NCBI GenBank assembly: GCA_040767425.1
Contig: JAXGON010000003.1
Location: forward strand, 22,440 to 86,439
Direction: 5' to 3'
Length of the DNA stretch: 64,000 bases
Source of the DNA: Anaerolineae bacterium
GTDB lineage: Bacteria; Chloroflexota; Anaerolineae; UBA1429
How positions within the stretch are numbered: the stretch's first letter is position 1; each line of letters opens with the position of its first letter. Position numbers and translations under genes: made by a program. This document shows positions 58,110 to 64,000 of the stretch, piece by piece. The notes under the pieces were generated by a model, which made no database searches, was not told where the DNA came from, and saw nothing but the letters and a program-made list of their open reading frames with translations.

Positions 58110-59411
58110 ATGCCACGCCCCAACATCCTCTACCTGCACTCGCACGACTCGGGTCGCTATGTTCAGCCGTATGGCCACGCCATCCCCACGCCCGCTATCC
58201 AACGCCTGGCTCAAGAGGGCGTGCTGTTCCGCCAGGCCTTTTGCGCCGGTCCCACCTGTTCCCCCAGCCGGGCTGCACTGGTCACCGGCATGGCGCCGCA
58301 CAACGCCGGCATGATCGGCCTGGCCCATCGCGGCTTTTCGCTGAACGATTATGGGCAGCATATCGCCAACGTCCTAAAGTCGGCCGGCTACCACACCACC
58401 CTGGCGGGCGTACAGCACGTCGCCGCTCGGCCAGAGATCATCGGCTATGACCAGATCCTCACCCAGGGGCGCCCTGACGTCGCCAACGTAGCGCCGGCCG
58501 CCGGCAACTGGCTAGCCCAGGCTCCATCGGAGCCTTGGTTCCTCTCGGTGGGCTTTTTCGAGACCCATCGCGAGTACCCCGAGCCCGAGGCCAGCGAGGA
58601 TCTCCGCTATACCTTGCCGCCGCCCACCCTGCCCGACACACCCGAGACCCGCTATGACATGGCCGCCTACAAGGCCAGTGCCCGCATCTATGATCAGGGC
58701 GTGAGGGCGGTGCTCGCGGCGTTAGAGGCCAGCGGGCAGGCGGGCAACACCTTGGTGATCAACACCACCGACCATGGCATCGCCTTCCCAGGGATGAAAT
58801 GCAATCTCACCGATCACGGCATCGGCGTCATGCTGATCATCCGTGGCCCCGGAGGCTTTGAGGGCGGCCGGGTCATCGACGCCATGGTCTCGCATATCGA
58901 CCTGTTCCCCACCATCTGCGAGCTGGCCCACGTCGCGCCGCCGGACTGGCTCCAGGGGCACTCGCTACTGCCGCTGCTCCACGGACAAGCCAGCGAGATC
59001 CGCAAAGAGATCCACGCCGAGGTGACCTATCACGCCGCTTATGAGCCCATGCGCTGCGTGCGCACCCGCCGCTGGAAGTACATCCGCCGGTTCGACGGCC
59101 GCGAGACCCCAGTGTTGCCCAACTGCGACGACGGCCCCAGCAAGAGCATCTGGCTGGAGCATGGCTGGGCCGATCGGCCGGTAGATGCCGAGCAGCTCTA
59201 TGATCTGATCTATGACCCCCAAGAGACCCAGAACCTGGCCTTGCTGAACACCCATCCCATGGTGCTGGACGAGATGCGCGGTCGCCTGGAGCGATGGATG
59301 CGGGCTACGGATGATCCGCTCTTGAGCGGGCCGGTGCCGGCCCCCAGCGGAGCGCAGGTCAACGATCCCGACGGCCTCTCGCCTCGCGAGGCGTGCCAGG
59401 TGATTCCGTAA
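58110..59411 (+). CDS. Sulfatase (sulfamidase-like), Cys-type
   Basis: PNILYLHSHD, PTCSPSRAAL, TTDHG, LYDL..DP.E..NL. Upstream TTGCGC-N17-TAGACT (58043-58071). Confidence 0.9.
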   Translation: MPRPNILYLHSHDSGRYVQPYGHAIPTPAIQRLAQEGVLFRQAFCAGPTCSPSRAALVTGMAPHNAGMIGLAHRGFSLNDYGQHIANVLKSAGYHTTLAGVQHVAARPEIIGYDQILTQGRPDVANVAPAAGNWLAQAPSEPWFLSVGFFETHREYPEPEASEDLRYTLPPPTLPDTPETRYDMAAYKASARIYDQGVRAVLAALEASGQAGNTLVINTTDHGIAFPGMKCNLTDHGIGVMLIIRGPGGFEGGRVIDAMVSHIDLFPTICELAHVAPPDWLQGHSLLPLLHGQASEIRKEIHAEVTYHAAYEPMRCVRTRRWKYIRRFDGRETPVLPNCDDGPSKSIWLEHGWADRPVDAEQLYDLIYDPQETQNLALLNTHPMVLDEMRGRLERWMRATDDPLLSGPVPAPSGAQVNDPDGLSPREACQVIP

Positions 59412-59446
59412 TTGGCAAGACGAGCCACTCAAAGGGAGAGCATCCT

Positions 59447-60310
59447 ATGAGCGCAACGCCCAAGCTAATCGCCAACTACCAGTGCCTGTGCGGCGAGGGA
59501 CCCATCTGGCATCCCGACGAAGGCCGCCTCTACTGGCTGGATATCGACACCGGACGCATCTTTCGCTATGAGCCCGCCACTGGCCACCACGAGCAGATCT
59601 ATGACGGCGAGCACATTGGCGGCATCACCATCCAGGCCGATGGCAGCCTGGCCCTCTTTGGGCCCAAGGGCATGGTGGACGGCTGGCGCGAGGGCTGCAT
59701 CACCACCCTGGTCGAGGGCATCCCCGGCGAGGAGGAGCGCCGCTTTAACGACTGTATCGCCGACCCCGAGGGGCGCGTGTACGCCGGCACCCTGGGCCAG
59801 GGACTCGGCAATCTTTACCGCATCGACCCCGACGGCAGTGTGACCCATCTGCTTGGCGGGGTAGGCTGCTCCAACGGCATGGGGTTCACGCCCGACCTGA
59901 CCGGACTATACTATGTCGATTCGGTGGCCGGCGTTGTTTATCGCTTTGACTATGATCGGGGCACTGGCAACCTCACCAACCAGCGCGTTTGGCTGCAGGT
60001 GGATACCAGCCAGGGCATCCCCGACGGCATGACCGTGGACGCCGAGGGGTTCGTCTGGGTGGCCTTTTGGGATGGCAACCGCGTCACCCGCTACGATCCG
60101 GCCACGGCCGAGCCCGTGGCCACCATCAGCGTGCCTGCCCGTAAAGCCTCTTGCCTGACCTTTGGCGGACCCAACGCTGAAGACATCTATATCACCACCG
60201 CCATCGGCGAGGGCGACCCCGCCCTCGAAGGCGAGAACGCCGGCGGGCTCTTTTGCGTCAACCTGGGCATTCGTGGCGTCCCCGAGTTTCGCTCCCGTAT
60301 CGGCCTGTAA
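59447..60310 (+). CDS. SMP-30/gluconolactonase/LRE family protein
   Basis: GEGPIW, RFND..ADPEGR, CSNGMGF, PDGMTVDAEG, TFGG. Confidence 0.92.
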   Translation: MSATPKLIANYQCLCGEGPIWHPDEGRLYWLDIDTGRIFRYEPATGHHEQIYDGEHIGGITIQADGSLALFGPKGMVDGWREGCITTLVEGIPGEEERRFNDCIADPEGRVYAGTLGQGLGNLYRIDPDGSVTHLLGGVGCSNGMGFTPDLTGLYYVDSVAGVVYRFDYDRGTGNLTNQRVWLQVDTSQGIPDGMTVDAEGFVWVAFWDGNRVTRYDPATAEPVATISVPARKASCLTFGGPNAEDIYITTAIGEGDPALEGENAGGLFCVNLGIRGVPEFRSRIGL

Positions 60311-61171
60311 GTTACAACTTTGGCTGGCCACGGCCTGGTGCCTTTGGCCTGGTCGCTGCGCCAGGCGGGCTGGCCGAGTGACATCTTGACACGACGGTTT
60401 GCCAAGGGTCATGGGTTGGTCGATCTCTACACCGCCGCGCTCGAGATGCTCTTGCCGGACGGCACCATGCCCTCGGGGGGTGACTGCTACGGGCGCCCCA
60501 CGCTGTTGCCAGCGCTCCATTACGAGTATCTCTATGCCGCGCCGGAGGATCCGCGTTTTGCCTGGGTCCTCTCACACACCGAACGCACCTATCCTAGCAG
60601 CTCAGCGGCAGTTGGCCTTCTGGTGGCGCAGCCCTTGGCGAGCACCCACCCGCCATCGCTCGGCCCTCGCGACTGGCCGCAGCACGGCTACACGTTGATG
60701 GCCACCGCTCGCCGAGGCAGCTATCTCTCCGAGGCGACCAACGTCGCGCTAGTGACCTGGGGCTATGCGGGGATCCACGGCCATCACGACAAGCTCTCTT
60801 TTGAGCTGCACGCTGATGGCATCCGTTGGGTCGTGGACGCCGAGGCCAGCTCGCCAGGCCATAGCTTTTCGGCGGCAGTCCAGCGTGAGCTCAACCGGTC
60901 CACCCTAGCGCATAACACCGTGCGGATCGATCGGCGTGACCAGAACACCCTGACCGCCAACCTCTCGCTCGAGCACGTGGACGGCTCGCCCAACGACGTG
61001 CGCATCGGCGATCGCGGCCAGCTCTACGACGGCGTCTCCCAAGAGCGCCGACTGTGGCCCTCCCCCCATCCCCATGGTGATCCTGCGCTCCAGCGAAGCC
61101 GACGCCACGTTTCGCATCCATCTGCGCTGGAACTAGACTCTAGCGACGGGCGATCTCGCGCCGAGCCGTGA
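60311..61171 (+). pseudogene. Heparinase II/III-family lyase fragment, truncated at both ends
   Basis: PDGTMP..GD, HGHHDKLSFEL, STLAHNTV.ID. No SD or N-terminal domain; homology-like sequence ends after GVSQERRL. Confidence 0.7.
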
Positions 61172-61196
61172 GAACGCCCGTTGGCTTCCGCCACGT

Positions 61197-61255
61197 TTGA
61201 CACACCTCCTGCCACCGCTATAATGCCACCTAGCGTAGTTGCAACTGGTTGCAAC
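61197..61255 (+). promoter_or_regulatory. Consensus sigma70 promoter with downstream palindromic operator
   Basis: TTGACA-N16-TATAAT (61197-61224). GTTGCAAC-TG-GTTGCAAC (61238-61255). Confidence 0.75.
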
Positions 61256-61285
61256 AAGGACCATCATCACGCCAAGGAGTGACGG

Positions 61286-61849
61286 ATGCAGGAGCGCGAT
61301 CCCCGTCTTGAGGCCGCCATCGCCTTTCACGGTCACTTTTGCCCTGGCCTAACTATCGGCTTTCGCGCCGCCCTAGCGGCCCTCGGCCGCCTCGGAGTAA
61401 GCCGCGCCACTGACGAAGAGCTGGTGGCCATCGCCGAGACCGACGCCTGCGGGCTGGATGCTATCCAGGTGCTGACGGGCTGCACCGCTGGCAAGGGGAA
61501 CTTGATCATCCGCGATTGGGGCAAGCAGGTCTTTTCCATCGGGCGCCGTTCTGACGGACGCATGGTGCGCGTGGCCTTGCGCTATGGCGCTACCACGCCA
61601 CCCGACGCCAACCAGCTCTCTCCTGAAGAGGCGCGGCAACGCAGCCTAGAGCTGCTGCAGACCCTCCCAGATGACGAGCTTTTCGACATCCGCTGGGTCG
61701 ACTGGCCCCTACCCGAGCGGGCTCGCCTCTTTCGCACCGTTCGATGCAGCCAGTGCGGTGAGGGAGTGATGGAAGCCCGCGCCCACCTGCGCGACGGCCA
61801 GCCCGTCTGCCCCGAGTGCTACGGCAAGGAGTACACCCGCCGGGGCTAG
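61286..61849 (+). CDS. FmdE-family protein with C-terminal zinc finger
   Basis: FHGHFCPGL, ETDACGLDAIQVLTGCTAGKGNL, CSQCGE..CPEC. Confidence 0.9.
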   Translation: MQERDPRLEAAIAFHGHFCPGLTIGFRAALAALGRLGVSRATDEELVAIAETDACGLDAIQVLTGCTAGKGNLIIRDWGKQVFSIGRRSDGRMVRVALRYGATTPPDANQLSPEEARQRSLELLQTLPDDELFDIRWVDWPLPERARLFRTVRCSQCGEGVMEARAHLRDGQPVCPECYGKEYTRRG

Positions 61850-61918
61850 ACGGCTAGATCTGCCATCATGGAAAGAACACCATTCGCCACACCCAATCAA
61901 GCTAGAGCGGGAGAAGTC

Positions 61919-62401
61919 ATGGATCTACTCGGTGAAATGGAACTGGTTCCCATTGGTGTCATTCATAGCCCATGCCAGGAGCGCGGGCAGGCTCCCCGCC
62001 AGGGGCGGCTGTCCGAGAACCTGATCACCCTGGAGATCCACCCGCAATTCGCTGCAGCGATGGACGGAATCGGCCGCTGCTCGCATCTGATCGTCCTCTA
62101 TTGGGGCGACCGGGCCAACCGCGAGATCCTGCGTTCGCCGACGCCCTTTAGCGAGGTGCCGGTAGGCGTCTTTACCAGCCGCTCCCCCAACCGCCCCAAC
62201 CCGATTGCTTTCTGCGTGGCTGAGTTGGTCCGGCAGGAGGAGAACCGCCTGATCGTGCGCGGCGTTGATGCCCTAGATGGCAGCCCATTGCTGGATATCA
62301 AAGCCTATGTCGCAGCCATTGATTGTGTGCCCGAGGCCACCAACCAGCATCTCCCCAACACCCTGGGTGGAATCGCGCAGGGGGAAGACCCGCATGATTG
62401 A
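61919..62401 (+). CDS. tsaA: TsaA/TrmO-family SAM-binding protein
   Basis: PIGVIHSP, APRQG, GVFTSRSPNRPNPI, GVDALDGSPLLDIK. Alternative starts at 61868 and 61937. Confidence 0.88.
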   Translation: MDLLGEMELVPIGVIHSPCQERGQAPRQGRLSENLITLEIHPQFAAAMDGIGRCSHLIVLYWGDRANREILRSPTPFSEVPVGVFTSRSPNRPNPIAFCVAELVRQEENRLIVRGVDALDGSPLLDIKAYVAAIDCVPEATNQHLPNTLGGIAQGEDPHD

Positions 62402-63485
62402 CAGGCCATCCGGCGAAAGCGCAGGTCCTGGTCTGGCCACAGCCGCCTTTCTGCATCAGTCGGCCCGCAAACAACGTCTCATCCTGGGCTTGGCGGCGCT
62501 GACCCTGCTGCTGGCCGTCATCGCTATCAATGCCGGCGCCGCGAACACCCACCCATTGCAGGTACTGCGGGCGCTGTTGTTTCTGGAAGGCGACCTTCCC
62601 GGTGTGGTGGTCTGGAACATCCGCCTGCCGCGCGTCATCGCCGGGATCGTGGCCGGTATCGGGTTGGCGGTGGCCGGCTGCGTGATGCAGACCTGTCTGC
62701 GCAACCCGCTAGCTTCGCCGTTCACCCTGGGCATCTCGAACGCGGCCGCTTTTGGCGCCAACCTGGCGATCGTGTGCTTTGGGGCCGGCACGCTGCGCAG
62801 CACCACCCATGACGCGGTCTTTATCGCCAATCCCTACTCTGTCACCATCAGCGCGTTCGTCTTTTCGATGGTCGCCATGTGCCTGATCTTGCTCCTGGCC
62901 CGGCAGCGCGGCTTTTCGCCCGAGTCGGTGGTGCTCGCCGGGGTGGCTTTTGGCTCGCTCTTTTCGGCCGGCTCGGCCCTGGTGCAGTATTTCGCCCAGG
63001 ACGTGCAGGTGGCGGCCATGGTCTTTTGGACCTTTGGCGATCTGGGCCGCGTCTCCTGGCGAGAGATAGGCATCCTCGCAGCTCTCACGGCAGCCGCCCT
63101 GGCCTATTTTTCGCTGCACCGCTGGGACTATAACGCCCTCGATAGCGGCGAGGATGCCGCCAAAGGGTTGGGCGTGCACGTGGAGCAGATCCGCTTCCGC
63201 ACGATGCTGGCAGCTTCCATGGTCACGGCGGTGGCGGTCGCGTTCATGGGCATCATCGGCTTTATCGGCCTCATCGCGCCTCAGATGATGCGACGCATCC
63301 TGGGCGTCGACCACCGCTTCCTGATCCCTGCCTCGGCGGTGACCGGCGCGGCGCTGCTGCTCTTTGCCGATACCCTGGCGCGCACCCTGATCTCACCCGT
63401 GGTCCTGCCAGTGGGCGCGATCACCTCCTTTTTCGGCGCGCCGCTGTTCCTGTTCATCTTGGCGAAAGGCTATTCCCGGCGATGA
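62394..63485 (+). CDS. FecCD/BtuC-family ABC transporter permease
   Basis: IRLPRV, RNPLASPFTLGIS, AKGLGV, GIIGFIGLIAP, LPVGAIT. Confidence 0.93.
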   Translation: MIDRPSGESAGPGLATAAFLHQSARKQRLILGLAALTLLLAVIAINAGAANTHPLQVLRALLFLEGDLPGVVVWNIRLPRVIAGIVAGIGLAVAGCVMQTCLRNPLASPFTLGISNAAAFGANLAIVCFGAGTLRSTTHDAVFIANPYSVTISAFVFSMVAMCLILLLARQRGFSPESVVLAGVAFGSLFSAGSALVQYFAQDVQVAAMVFWTFGDLGRVSWREIGILAALTAAALAYFSLHRWDYNALDSGEDAAKGLGVHVEQIRFRTMLAASMVTAVAVAFMGIIGFIGLIAPQMMRRILGVDHRFLIPASAVTGAALLLFADTLARTLISPVVLPVGAITSFFGAPLFLFILAKGYSRR

Positions 63486-64000
63486 TCCTGAACGTGCAAG
63501 GCATTCGATTTGACTATCCGTGCCGTCCAGTGCTGGAAGAGGCCACCTTTTCCGTGGAAAGAGGCGAGGTGCTGGCGGTGCTGGGCACCAACGGGACGGG
63601 CAAGACCACCTTGCTCAAATGCATCAACCGCATCCTCATGCCAGCCGCCGGCACGGTGCTGATCGACGATGAATCGACCGCCCTCCTCAGCCGAAACGCC
63701 CTGGCGCAAAAGATCGGCTATGTCGAGCAGCAGCGCTCCGGCTCGCGCGCCACCGTCTTCAATACCGTGCTCCTGGGCCGCAAGCCGTACATCCGCTGGG
63801 ACATCACCCAGCGAGACATGGAAATTGCCGGGCAAGCGCTGACAGCGCTGGGCCTTGCCGACTATGCCCTGCGCTATATGGATGAGCTGAGCGGCGGCGA
63901 ACTGCAAAAGGTGGTTATCGCGCGCGCGCTGGCGCAAGAGCCCGACATTCTACTCATGGACGAACCAACCAGCAGCCTGGACCTAAAGAATCAGATCGAG
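63482..64000 (+). CDS. ABC transporter ATP-binding protein, FecE/BtuD-like (runs off the window)
   Basis: ATG overlaps the upstream stop. Walker A GTNGTGKT, signature LSGGE, Walker B ILLMDEP. Confidence 0.92.
   Translation, partial: MILNVQGIRFDYPCRPVLEEATFSVERGEVLAVLGTNGTGKTTLLKCINRILMPAAGTVLIDDESTALLSRNALAQKIGYVEQQRSGSRATVFNTVLLGRKPYIRWDITQRDMEIAGQALTALGLADYALRYMDELSGGELQKVVIARALAQEPDILLMDEPTSSLDLKNQIE

Noticed and set aside
1-64000. CRISPR arrays, tRNA/rRNA genes, known riboswitches, prophage or defence genes
   Set aside because: None recognised by eye. Small RNAs could be missed without covariance-model searches.

Overview
GC-rich bacterial DNA, most likely Chloroflexota (Anaerolineae-like), inferred from gene content and Pro/Thr-rich linkers. 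1-18.9 kb is the 3' part of a long, translationally coupled surface-glycan locus: radical SAM, two O-antigen-ligase/Wzy-like proteins, two membrane-anchored Asp-box (BNR) proteins, six GT2/GT4 enzymes, an ArnT/PMT-like GT-C and a Wzc kinase. 18.9-32 kb is an oligosaccharide ABC importer with a GH151-like hydrolase, an atypical hybrid kinase plus HTH-pseudoHATPase-REC regulator, an 11-bp-period operator, and CE15, PIG-L and GH99-like enzymes. 32-42.8 kb holds gatB-gdhA-tpiA, a dead-looking histidine phosphatase, a second GH151-like gene and aor. 42.8-49.6 kb is an accessory zone. It has a ~4.6-kb islet bracketed by a duplicated aor 3' end, encoding a LppM-like/TSP3/PKD/TM/coiled-coil protein and a Trp-repeat zinc-ribbon protein. 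After it comes a heavily eroded stretch: the aor remnant, an amidohydrolase pseudogene, and a DDE insertion sequence with inverted repeats and a 16-21 bp flanking direct repeat, which the ORF track does not show. 49.9-61.2 kb has more cytoplasmic glycan-catabolic genes (GH38, two sulfatases, GH51, sialidase-like, hprA, lactonase, heparinase fragment). 61.2-64 kb is an FmdE-TrmO-FecCD/ABC operon behind a consensus promoter with a palindromic operator. No rRNA, tRNA or CRISPR array was recognised. All family calls come from motif recognition by eye; no searches were run.
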